The notes below the pieces were generated by a model. It saw only the letters and a program-made list of their open reading frames with translations, did no database searches and was not told the DNA's origin. Below, one piece after another: positions 1 through 8,445 of a stretch of DNA of 61,200 bases (positions are counted from its first letter, which is position 1; each line of letters starts with the position of its first letter). Made by a program: the position numbers and the translations under genes. Origin of the DNA: Phycisphaerae bacterium (GTDB taxonomy: Bacteria > Planctomycetota > Phycisphaerae > SM23-33); contig PUND01000018.1 of the NCBI GenBank assembly GCA_003551645.1, forward strand, positions 1-61,200. Direction: 5' to 3'.

Positions 1-122
1 CTGTGCGGCAACGAGATACGGTTGTCTTGGACTACTCCGTTTATCGTCGCGCACAGGGTCTGCGCTCCACTCGTTCCGACCCTGCCGAAAGACCCCTCGA
101 AAAAACCCCTCAGTTTGAGACC

Positions 123-150
123 ATTATACGCTTGACAATCGCGCTCACAA
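123..150 (-). promoter_or_regulatory. Putative sigma70-type promoter for a leftward transcript running off the window
   Basis: Minus strand TTGTGA (150-145), 16 nt, TATAAT (128-123). Confidence 0.4.
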
Positions 151-357
151 TGGCGCCGGCGACAAATGGCGCGGCCGTAGGGGGCGGATATAGTTATGTG
201 ATGGGCCATGCGATATGTGTCAATCACGGCTGCTGTTGCCATCGGCCCGCCATCAGTGGCGTCCCGGCCGCTGTTCATGCGGTATTCGGGCGTTCGCGAG
301 GCGACTCCCAACAGAAGCCAACAGGTTACCTACGGATAGTGCACAAACGCCGTCTCG

Positions 358-373
358 CCCCCAGATGTAGGGG
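358..373. promoter_or_regulatory. Possible third (distal) NrdR box
   Basis: cccCcAgATgTaGggg fits the NrdR consensus acaCwAtATaTwGtgt at most core positions; upstream of nrdJ. Confidence 0.45.
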
Positions 374-492
374 AGGTTGGCTTTGCCCTCCTGTCTGTTA
401 GGTTGTAGTACGCGTCGGTGGGGCTGTCAGGGGTTGTTGGAAACCGGCCCGAAGGCCTCGCAAGCCCGTTCATGAGAAGGCCTTACGGTTGA

Positions 493-539
493 CCCCTAGA
501 TTTAGTAAAATTTTTCTTGACACGCACTATATGTAGGGA
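493..539. promoter_or_regulatory. Tandem NrdR boxes overlapping the nrdJ promoter
   Basis: cccCtAgATtTaGtaa (493-508) and gcaCtAtATgTaGgga (524-539), starts 31 bp apart as is typical of NrdR operators; TTGACA at 517-522 lies between them. Confidence 0.8.
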
Positions 540-743
540 TTACCTTGTTGTCATGCTGGATGGCCGGGAATCAGACGCAATGGTCGTCCAGAGGATGCTC
601 GGCGGCGAAGGCAATTCGGGAAAGCGAAGCTTGTTTCGCGTTCGGGTGTCTGTCTTTGCGCTGGGTTGCGGATGCCGGACCGGCGGAGCCGGTTTCGGCG
701 AGATAGAACGATTACCGGGCATTTCAACGCTGGGAGCGTTTTT

Positions 744-3700
744 ATGGTGTCGCACGAATCGGCGGAGTCGAGCCGCTCGCATAATTCCGACGGGTCCATC
801 AATACCGATGCCGGCGCCGGGCTGAGCATCGAGCAGGTGTTTTCGACGCCGGGTGTTCATCCGTTCGATGAAATCTCCTGGGAGAAGCGATCCGCCCGTA
901 TCACGGACGATAAGGGCGGCGTCGTTTTCGAGCAGGACGATGTCGAGATACCGGCCGACTGGAGCCAGCTCGCGGCCAACGTGGTCGTCAGTAAGTATTT
1001 CTACGGCCAGGGCGGCACCGACGAGCGTGAGAAATCCGTCCGCCAGTTCATCCACCGGGTCACGCGGACTATCGCCGACTGGGGCATGCAGGACGGCTAT
1101 TTCGCCTCGAAGGCCGACGCGGAGCGTTTCTATCAGGACCTGACCTGGCTGTGCGTGAATCAGCACGCGTCGTTCAACTCGCCGGTCTGGTTCAACGTCG
1201 GGCTGTATAACCAGTCGGGCGTTGTCGGCTCCGAGGGCAACTTCCACTGGGACGCCGAGCAGGGCAAGGCCGTCCGCACGCTCAACAGCTACGAGTACCC
1301 CCAGGCGTCGGCGTGCTTCATCCAGTCGGTTGACGACACGATGGAGGACATCATGCGCCTCGCCACCGACGAGGCGATGCTGTTCAAGTACGGCTCCGGC
1401 ACCGGCACCGACCTTTCGACGCTTCGCAGCAGCCGCGAGAAGCTCTCCGGCGGCGGCCAGCCGTCCGGGCCGCTGAGCTTCATGCGGATATACGACCAGA
1501 TAGCGGCCGTCGTCCGCTCCGGCGGAAAGACCCGACGCGCAGCGAAGATGCAGTCGTTGAGGGTGGACCACCCTGATATCCGCGATTTCATTACCTCCAA
1601 GATGGACGAGGAAAAGAAGGCCTGGGCGCTGATAGAGCAGGGCTATGACGGCTCGTTCAACGGCAACGCCTACGCCTCGGTGATGTACCAGAACGCGAAT
1701 CTTTCGGTCCGGGTGACCGATGAGTTCATGCAGGCCGCTCTGGACGACGACGAGTGGCAGACCTACGCGGTAACCACCGGCGATCCGCTGGAGAGGCACA
1801 AGGCCCGCGAGCTGCTGGGGCTTATCGCCGAGGGGACGCACATCTGTGGCGACCCCGGCGTGCAGTACCACAGCACCGTCAATCGCTGGCACACATGCCC
1901 CAACAGCGGTCCGATCAACGCCTCCAATCCGTGCAGCGAGTACATGTTCATCAACGACTCGGCCTGCAACCTGGCGAGCTTGAACCTGATGAAGTTCCGC
2001 CTCGCCGACGGCCGGCTGGACCTGAAGCGATTCAACGCCGCGGCGCGGGTAATGATCATAGCCCAGGATATCCTGGTCGATCACGCCAGCTATCCCAATG
2101 AACGAATATGTCGCAACAGCCACGAGTTCCGTCCGCTGGGGCTGGGCTATGCCAACCTCGGCGCCCTGATAATGTCGCTGGGTCTGCCCTACGACAGCGA
2201 CGGCGGCAGGGCGGTCGCAGCGGCCGTGACGGCGGTGATGACCGCCGCGGCATACCGAACCAGCTCCGAGCTTGCCGCCCGCAAGGGCACGTTCCTGCGA
2301 TTCGCGGAGAACCGCGACCCGATGCTGCGGGTCATCCGCATGCATCGCGCCGCGGCGGGCGATATTTCCGCCGAGCACTGCCCGGAGGAGCTTCGTTTCG
2401 CGGCCGTCGAGGCCTGGGACGAGGTGCTTGCCGCCGGGCAGGCCCACGGCTTCCGCAACGCCCAGGCGACGCTGCTGGCGCCGACCGGGACCATCGGATT
2501 CATGATGGACTGCGACACCACCGGCATCGAACCGGACATCGCCCTGGTCAAGTATAAGCAGCTCGCCGGAGGCGGGATGTTCAAGATGGTCAATCGGACC
2601 GTCCCGCTGGCGCTGGAGCGTCTGGGCTATTCGCGCAACCAGGCGGCGGAGATAATCGACTATATCGACGAGCACGACACCATCGAGGGCGCCCCGCACC
2701 TGAGCCAGGAGCATCTGCCGGTGTTCGACTGCGCGTTCCAGCCGGCCAACGGCGAACGGTCCATACATTACATGGGTCACATACGTATGATGGGCGCGGT
2801 CCAGCCGTTCCTGTCCGGGGCGATATCCAAGACGGTCAACCTGCCCAAGGACGTTACGGTCGAGGATATCTCGCATGTGTATGTCAGGGGCTGGGAGCTT
2901 GGACTGAAGGCGGTGGCCATCTACCGTGACGGCTCGAAGCGCACCCAGCCGTTCAACGTCACTGACACGGGAAAGGCCGGCGAAAAGCAGGCCCCCGAGT
3001 CGGTCAGCGTGGAACAGTTCGAGTCGGCCAAGCGAATGCCGCACCGCCATCGACTGCCGGCGACCCGCCCGTCGCTTACGCACAAGTTCGAGGTCGGCGG
3101 ACACGAGGGCTATCTGAACGTTGGTCTGTACGAGGACGGCCGACCGGGAGAGCTTTTCATAACGATGGCCAAGGAGGGCTCCACCGTAGGCGGGATGATG
3201 GACGCCTTTGCCACAGCCGTCAGCTTGTGTCTGCAGTACGGGGTTCCCCTAGAGGGCCTGGTCAAGAAGTTCTCGCATCAGCGGTTCGATCCGAGCGGGA
3301 TGACGTCCAACAGGGAAATTCCGTTCGCCAAGAGTATTGTGGATTACATCTTCCGCTGGCTGGGGATCACGTTTCTGGAGGAGTTCCGCAAAACCAACCT
3401 GCCGGACAGGAAACAGTCCGGCGGCAAGAAATCGTCAGCGCCCGAGGCGGTCAGGGACGACACGAGTTCCTCGGAAAACGGGCGCGCCGACCAGGCCGAA
3501 GGCAAGGATGCTGATCGGCCTGTCGGCGCCATTTTTGACGGGGCGTACGTCGGCGGCGGCAACGGCGGAGGTTTACGAAAGCCGGCCGCGCAGAAGAAGG
3601 CGGTGGCTGCGGCCGCCGACCGCTCCGCGGCGGTCCAGTCGGACCGGGTGGACCAGCAGTTCTCGCACTATCAGGAAGACGCTCCGGCGTGCGACGTCTG

Positions 3701-3773
3701 CGGGTCCATAACGGTCCGCAACGGAAACTGCTACAAGTGCTACAACTGCGGCTCATCGATGGGTTGCAGCTAG
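744..3773 (+). CDS. nrdJ: Vitamin B12-dependent (class II) ribonucleotide reductase with C-terminal TSCPD-like domain and Zn ribbon
   Basis: Motifs SFNSPVWFN, QASACFI, catalytic SNPCSEY, LAPTGTIG, GAISKTVN; C-terminal CDVC..CYKCYNC; ATG 744 with GGAG upstream; no N-terminal ATP cone evident. Confidence 0.95.
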   Translation: MVSHESAESSRSHNSDGSINTDAGAGLSIEQVFSTPGVHPFDEISWEKRSARITDDKGGVVFEQDDVEIPADWSQLAANVVVSKYFYGQGGTDEREKSVRQFIHRVTRTIADWGMQDGYFASKADAERFYQDLTWLCVNQHASFNSPVWFNVGLYNQSGVVGSEGNFHWDAEQGKAVRTLNSYEYPQASACFIQSVDDTMEDIMRLATDEAMLFKYGSGTGTDLSTLRSSREKLSGGGQPSGPLSFMRIYDQIAAVVRSGGKTRRAAKMQSLRVDHPDIRDFITSKMDEEKKAWALIEQGYDGSFNGNAYASVMYQNANLSVRVTDEFMQAALDDDEWQTYAVTTGDPLERHKARELLGLIAEGTHICGDPGVQYHSTVNRWHTCPNSGPINASNPCSEYMFINDSACNLASLNLMKFRLADGRLDLKRFNAAARVMIIAQDILVDHASYPNERICRNSHEFRPLGLGYANLGALIMSLGLPYDSDGGRAVAAAVTAVMTAAAYRTSSELAARKGTFLRFAENRDPMLRVIRMHRAAAGDISAEHCPEELRFAAVEAWDEVLAAGQAHGFRNAQATLLAPTGTIGFMMDCDTTGIEPDIALVKYKQLAGGGMFKMVNRTVPLALERLGYSRNQAAEIIDYIDEHDTIEGAPHLSQEHLPVFDCAFQPANGERSIHYMGHIRMMGAVQPFLSGAISKTVNLPKDVTVEDISHVYVRGWELGLKAVAIYRDGSKRTQPFNVTDTGKAGEKQAPESVSVEQFESAKRMPHRHRLPATRPSLTHKFEVGGHEGYLNVGLYEDGRPGELFITMAKEGSTVGGMMDAFATAVSLCLQYGVPLEGLVKKFSHQRFDPSGMTSNREIPFAKSIVDYIFRWLGITFLEEFRKTNLPDRKQSGGKKSSAPEAVRDDTSSSENGRADQAEGKDADRPVGAIFDGAYVGGGNGGGLRKPAAQKKAVAAAADRSAAVQSDRVDQQFSHYQEDAPACDVCGSITVRNGNCYKCYNCGSSMGCS

Positions 3774-4170
3774 ACGAGCCGCAGCGGCAGAGGCGTAACC
3801 GGGTGCCGGCTTACGCTCGCCACGGCTGGAAGTATCGGCCGGTATCCGTTCGACGGGTGTATGTGTATCGCGCCCGTGTTGCTTGGCAGCGGGAGAGCCG
3901 TTGTCCGATCGGTTTTTTCGGCTCTCCATGGTGGCGCGGCAATGCCCATGGCGCCGCCAGACGATTAATTTGAGCGTCCGGTGGGTGTGTCGCGCCGAGC
4001 GGACAAGTTAATGCAGACCAGGGACGGCGGAAGCGGCGCCCCACCGCCCCCATAAAAAGGAATCAGGTCAGGGCGTTTTCGTACTCGGAAATCTCGGCCA
4101 AAACTGAGATTCCGTCTAAAGGTTACAGGCCGAACATGCCGAGTAGACCTACACGCGAGTATAATAACAC

Positions 4171-4282
4171 GTGAGTTGTCCGCTGCACCCTTAACGATGT
4201 AGGTCCCCCTCCGCCTACGTCACGGGTTGCGGCATGATAGGGCGACACCGAGGTCTCCCTCCGCCTGGGTGTCGTCCTTTTC
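4171..4282 (+). ncRNA. Putative small RNA with two hairpins bearing C-rich CCCUCC loops
   Basis: TATAAT at 4160-4165; AGGTCYCCCTCCGCCT at 4201-4216 and 4251-4266, each in a stem-loop; second stem followed by TTTT. Confidence 0.55.
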
Positions 4283-4375
4283 ATGCGCAGCGGCGTTGAC
4301 AGCAGACGCCTTGTAAACGATGATGTGTCCCGACGAAGAGGCCCCCGCGCATACCCATCGGCAAGGGCCAAGAAC

Positions 4376-5053
4376 ATGACATGCTCACTGACGCTTTCGA
4401 CGGCTACACTTGAGAACCTGCACCTGTTCCCGGCGGCGCTGCTGGCGGTGTTCGCACTGGTCAACTGCTTCTTCGGGTACATGGTGTTCCGCGTACTGCT
4501 GGCCGTTTACGGTACGGTCGGGGGAATGGCCATCGGCATATCGATTGTCGCCTGGGCGAGGGCCGAGCCGACGACTGTTGACTACGTGGTCGCGGCCGGG
4601 GCGCTTGCGGTGCTGCTGGGGCTTCTGTCGTGGTACGTATTCCGTGTCGCTTTTGCGGCGCTGGTGGCTGTGGTGGTGGCGGCACTGCTGGCAAGGGTGT
4701 TCGGCGATCCGCCGCCGGTGGGCGGATGGGTGGTCGGTGGCATCGTAGGGGCCGTGGCCGGCCTGATGGCGTTCGCGGAACTCAGGCGGGTGGTCGTGTT
4801 CTTCACCGCCGTTACGGGGGGTTTCTCGGCCGTATTCATCCCGGCGATCGCCTATGCCGGCCCCGAAGGCCTGGCGGCGCTTGGTCCGTTTGTCGGGGCC
4901 GCTATTTTCATTGCCGGAGCCGGGCTGTCTGTGGGGGGCTTTTTTGCCCAGAGCAAGCTCGCTCGCGTGTTCGATACCGGCCTGACACCCCGCAGACGGA
5001 AACGTCAACCGACCGGCAGCACCGCCCTGAGGCCGCCTTTCACACGCGTCTGA
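4376..5053 (+). CDS. Multi-pass membrane protein, DUF4203/TMEM198-like
   Basis: About 7 hydrophobic Gly/Ala-rich segments; N-terminal CFFGYxxFR motif; basic C-tail. Confidence 0.65.
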   Translation: MTCSLTLSTATLENLHLFPAALLAVFALVNCFFGYMVFRVLLAVYGTVGGMAIGISIVAWARAEPTTVDYVVAAGALAVLLGLLSWYVFRVAFAALVAVVVAALLARVFGDPPPVGGWVVGGIVGAVAGLMAFAELRRVVVFFTAVTGGFSAVFIPAIAYAGPEGLAALGPFVGAAIFIAGAGLSVGGFFAQSKLARVFDTGLTPRRRKRQPTGSTALRPPFTRV

Positions 5054-5119
5054 TGCGCTTGCCCGCCGCCGGCGCCGGTGTATAATCCCTCCTCGAGTTC
5101 AGCGAAAGGCGCGAAACAC

Positions 5120-5686
5120 ATGGGCGAAAAGATACGCGGCAAGGCGTTCGTCGTCGGCGACAACGTGGATACCGACCAGATTATCCCGGCCATGCACTTG
5201 GTCTATGACCCCTCGGATCCGCAGCAGCGGAAGCTCTACGGCCGGTTCGCCCTTAGCGGCGTGCCCGTCGAGCAGTCCGGCTTGCCCGACGGGAACGTGC
5301 CGTTCGTGGCCGACGGCGCCGATAAGAGCGAGTTCGCGGTGATTATCGCCGGCCGTAACTTCGGCTGCGGAAGCTCGCGGGAGCACGCGCCGCTGGCGAT
5401 CTCCGAGGCCGGCTGCCACGCCGTCATCGCCGAAAGCTACGCCAGGATTTTCTACCGAAACAGCGTCAACGGCGGCTATCTCGTGCCGCTGGAGACGCCC
5501 TTGCGGCTCATCGAGCACATAGCCACCGGAACCGAGGTCGAGCTTGACCTTTCAGAGGGTGTCCTTACCGACACTGCCGCAGGGCAGAACCACAAGCTCA
5601 ACCCCCTGGGCGATGTGGCCGAGATAGTCGCAGCGGGGGGCATCTTCGACTACGCCCGTAAAACGGGGTTGCTTGAGAGCAAGTGA
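5120..5686 (+). CDS. leuD: 3-isopropylmalate dehydratase small subunit (aconitase swivel domain)
   Basis: DNVDTDQIIP, GRNFGCGSSREHAP, ESYARIFYRN motifs. Confidence 0.85.
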   Translation: MGEKIRGKAFVVGDNVDTDQIIPAMHLVYDPSDPQQRKLYGRFALSGVPVEQSGLPDGNVPFVADGADKSEFAVIIAGRNFGCGSSREHAPLAISEAGCHAVIAESYARIFYRNSVNGGYLVPLETPLRLIEHIATGTEVELDLSEGVLTDTAAGQNHKLNPLGDVAEIVAAGGIFDYARKTGLLESK

Positions 5687-5988
5687 AAGACGCCGAGAAC
5701 GTAAGCATCCGCCGAGACTCCGCCGGCGCGGTAATCGCCGTAAAGGTTGTCGCCGGATCATCGCGCGACGGGGCCGCCGGCGTGGTGGGGGACCGGCTGA
5801 AGGTCGCCACCACGGCCGCGCCGGAAAAGGGCAAGGCCAACGCGGCCGTGGTCGGAATCCTCGCTGCAATGTTCGGGCTGACCAGGAGGCAAGTCCGTCT
5901 CATCTCCGGAACGACCACGCCGACAAAGACCTTTCATCTCGAAGGCGCGAATCCTGAGACCGTACGGGAGGCATTGCGCCGGGTTTAG
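5683..5988 (+). CDS. DUF167 (YggU-like) protein
   Basis: LKV..TAAPEKGKANAAV...SGTTTPTK pattern; GTGA overlap with the leuD stop. Confidence 0.8.
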   Translation: MKDAENVSIRRDSAGAVIAVKVVAGSSRDGAAGVVGDRLKVATTAAPEKGKANAAVVGILAAMFGLTRRQVRLISGTTTPTKTFHLEGANPETVREALRRV

Positions 5989-6112
5989 CGGCCATGCGAT
6001 ACCGCGCGGGCTTTCGGGCGCCCACGGCTGAGCGGATCAAACGGGCGGTTCGGATCGGCGGCCGAGTATTCCGCCGTTTGGCGCAGCCGGCTACGGGCGT
6101 ATAATCCGGCAC

Positions 6113-7060
6113 ATGCCCAAATCGCCCAGCATAATCACGGTAAGCTTGAATCCCGCGGTGGATCGCGTGATGGAGGTCGCCGATTTCCGTATTGGCGCCC
6201 ACCAGTTGGGTCGCGAGGTCCGCCGCACGCCCGCCGGCAAGGGCGTGAACGTCTCCCGCGTGCTGGCGGCGATGGACACGCCGTGCGTCGCTACCGGTTA
6301 TCTCGGACGCGACAACCGAGACGAGTTCCGTCGCGTGCTTGGCGGGGGCAGGGTAGCGGATGAGTTCTTCCCCCTGCCCGGCCGGACGCGCGAGAACGTG
6401 ACCATCACCGACCCGGCCACTCGGCAGGAAACCCACATACGCGACGTCGGTCTTGAGGTGGATGAGCGGAACTTCCAGCGGCTTTTGACCAAGCTGCGGC
6501 TGATAGCACGGGAGGGCTACTTCGTGCTGTTCTGCGGCTCGATGCCGCCGGGGATAGGCCCCGATGAGTTCGCCCGGCTAGTCGATGCCTGCATCGAAGT
6601 CGGCGCCCGCGTGGCCGTCGATACCAGCGGCGAGCCCCTGCGTGCCGTCGCCGACAGGAAGCTCTGGCTTCTCAAGCCCAACACCGCCGAGCTTGCCGAG
6701 CTTGTCGGCCGCGACCTGCCCGACAGGGAAGCACAACTCGCAGCCGCTCGTGAACTTACCGAACACGTTGACGTGGTGCTGCTTACCCGTGGCGCCGAAG
6801 GGGCATACCTGCTGACCGGCGACCAGATCGTCCACGGGCATGCCGAGGCGGCCCCGGAGCTAATCTGCAACACGGTCGGCTGTGGAGATGTGATGCTGGG
6901 CGTGTTCGTCGCCGGGCTGCACGCCGGGCTTGGGGTCCGCGAGGCGTTCGGACAGGCGATAGCCGCGGCCACCGCCGCGGCCTGCTATCTTGCGACCGCC
7001 GAGTTCGACATGGATCTGTTCAAAAAGCTCAAACATGAAGTCGAGTTGACCGACCTTTAA
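6113..7060 (+). CDS. 1-phosphofructokinase-family hexose kinase (PfkB)
   Basis: TVSLNPAVD, AGKGVNVS, LKPNTAE, NTVGCGD motifs; TATAAT just upstream. Confidence 0.9.
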   Translation: MPKSPSIITVSLNPAVDRVMEVADFRIGAHQLGREVRRTPAGKGVNVSRVLAAMDTPCVATGYLGRDNRDEFRRVLGGGRVADEFFPLPGRTRENVTITDPATRQETHIRDVGLEVDERNFQRLLTKLRLIAREGYFVLFCGSMPPGIGPDEFARLVDACIEVGARVAVDTSGEPLRAVADRKLWLLKPNTAELAELVGRDLPDREAQLAAARELTEHVDVVLLTRGAEGAYLLTGDQIVHGHAEAAPELICNTVGCGDVMLGVFVAGLHAGLGVREAFGQAIAAATAAACYLATAEFDMDLFKKLKHEVELTDL

Positions 7061-7091
7061 GCGGCCTCGGCGGGGTGAGCCGGTCCGGTGA

Positions 7092-7916
7092 TTACAGCGT
7101 CGGTTCGATCAACTCGGATACGAACTCTCCGGCACGGGCGACTATATCGTCGCGCGACGCGCCTTGCTGAATCGCGTCGGCGATGCGGTGGACGATGGCC
7201 GAGCCGACTATCGCGCCGTCGGCGACCTCGCAGACGGTCCGGACCATCTCCGGCCGGCTTATCCCGAAGCCGATGCAGATGGCGGTGTCGGTATGGCCGC
7301 GAAGCTCGCGGACCTGCTCGATGGTGGCCTCGGGCAGCTTGTCGCGCTCGCCGGTGATGCCCGCGACCGAGACGTAGTAGATGAAGCCCCGGCAATGGCC
7401 GGCGATTTGCAGACGTCTTTGCGGCGGCGTGGTCGGTGCGATGAGCATGACGTTGGCCAGGCCGCGCTCGGCCGCCAGCGGCTCGAACTCGCCGGCCTCC
7501 TCCAGCGGCAGGTCAGGAATCAGCACGCCGTCGAAGCCGGCATCGGCGGCTTCGGAGAGGAACCGGCTAGCGTCGCGGCGGAAGACTATCGAATAGCTCA
7601 CCATCGCCACCAGTGCGATTCCGCCGCCGGCAGAGCGGTAGCCGCGGACAAGCTCCATGGCGTCGGCGGTGGTGAAACCGGCGTCCAGCGCGCTGGTGAA
7701 CGACGACTGGATGGTCGGGCCATCGGCTATCGGGTCTGAAAACGGTATCCCCAGCTCGCAGACCTTAACGCCGCGGGCCTCGAAGTCGTGCAGCAGGGCG
7801 GCCGTGGTCTCGACGTCCGGGAAGCCGGCCGTCAGAAAAGGCGACAGCGTCTTTCGCCCCGCCGAGCGAAGCTCGGCGAACGTCCGCACCAGTCGATTGT
7901 CGTCCAGTCCGCTCAT
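7092..7916 (-). CDS. trpA: Tryptophan synthase alpha chain
   Basis: ELGIPFSDPIADGPTIQ, VAGITG, GFGIS, DGAIVGSA; SD AGAAGGA before ATG 7916. Confidence 0.95.
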   Translation of the reverse strand: MSGLDDNRLVRTFAELRSAGRKTLSPFLTAGFPDVETTAALLHDFEARGVKVCELGIPFSDPIADGPTIQSSFTSALDAGFTTADAMELVRGYRSAGGGIALVAMVSYSIVFRRDASRFLSEAADAGFDGVLIPDLPLEEAGEFEPLAAERGLANVMLIAPTTPPQRRLQIAGHCRGFIYYVSVAGITGERDKLPEATIEQVRELRGHTDTAICIGFGISRPEMVRTVCEVADGAIVGSAIVHRIADAIQQGASRDDIVARAGEFVSELIEPTL

Positions 7917-7928
7917 TTTCGTCCTTCT

Positions 7929-8445
7929 ATTCGACACAGAGGCGCAGAGGTGCAGATAAGTTTATATGTGCTCGCTGGTTTCATATTCAGTTGATTACCC
8001 GCCTCACTCCTTCTCTTAGCGTGGGGCGATGGAAGTTCATCAGCAGCCCGACACGCTTGCCAGCGGCCTTGAGTGTGCTGCGAAGCTGCGCCTTGTGCAC
8101 GTCGGCCAACGCTTCGACTGTCTTCAGTTCAACTATAACGCTGTCGTCCACCATCAAATCGATACGGTGCTCGCCCACGACTTCGCCGCGATAGCCCACC
8201 CGGATTACGGCCTGCCGGTCAACCTTGTGCCCGCGCTGCTGAAGCTCATACGCCAGGGCGTTCTCGTATATCTTCTCGACGAATCCCGGGCCCCAAGCTC
8301 GCGATGCACCTCGACGCCGGCGGCGATGATCCGTTTGGTTAAGTCCTGTTGCGGATATTCACGCTCCGAATAAGTCACGTTGCAGGCCCCTATATAACCA
8401 GTTTCAGCTCTCTCACCTCTGTTCCTCTGCGCCTCTGTGTCGAAT
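7929..8445. mobile_element. Inverted-repeat-bounded GxxExxY cassette inserted between trpB and trpA
   Basis: Perfect 22-bp inverted repeat ATTCGACACAGAGGCGCAGAGG at 7929-7950 and 8424-8445, with further imperfect CAGAG units internally; splits the normally adjacent trpB-trpA pair. Confidence 0.65.
7987..8378 (-). pseudogene. GxxExxY protein (PD-(D/E)XK-like), frameshifted near 8291-8294
   Basis: GTG 8378 gives MTYSEREYPQQDLTKRIIAAGVEVHRELG; the protein continues in another frame as GPGFVEKIYENAL...RIDLMVDDSVIVELKTV...GLLMNF. Two extra bases in GAGCTTGGGGCCCGGGATTC break the frame. Confidence 0.85.

Noticed and set aside
3-401. 132-aa plus-strand ORF
   Set aside because: No motifs or coding-like composition; overlaps promoter elements and an NrdR-like box.
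540-3104. 854-aa antisense ORF over nrdJ, and similar long antisense ORFs over alaS, malic enzyme, trpB, fabH and sulfatase
   Set aside because: Shadow ORFs from strong GC3 codon bias; no protein motifs; they fully overlap well-supported genes.
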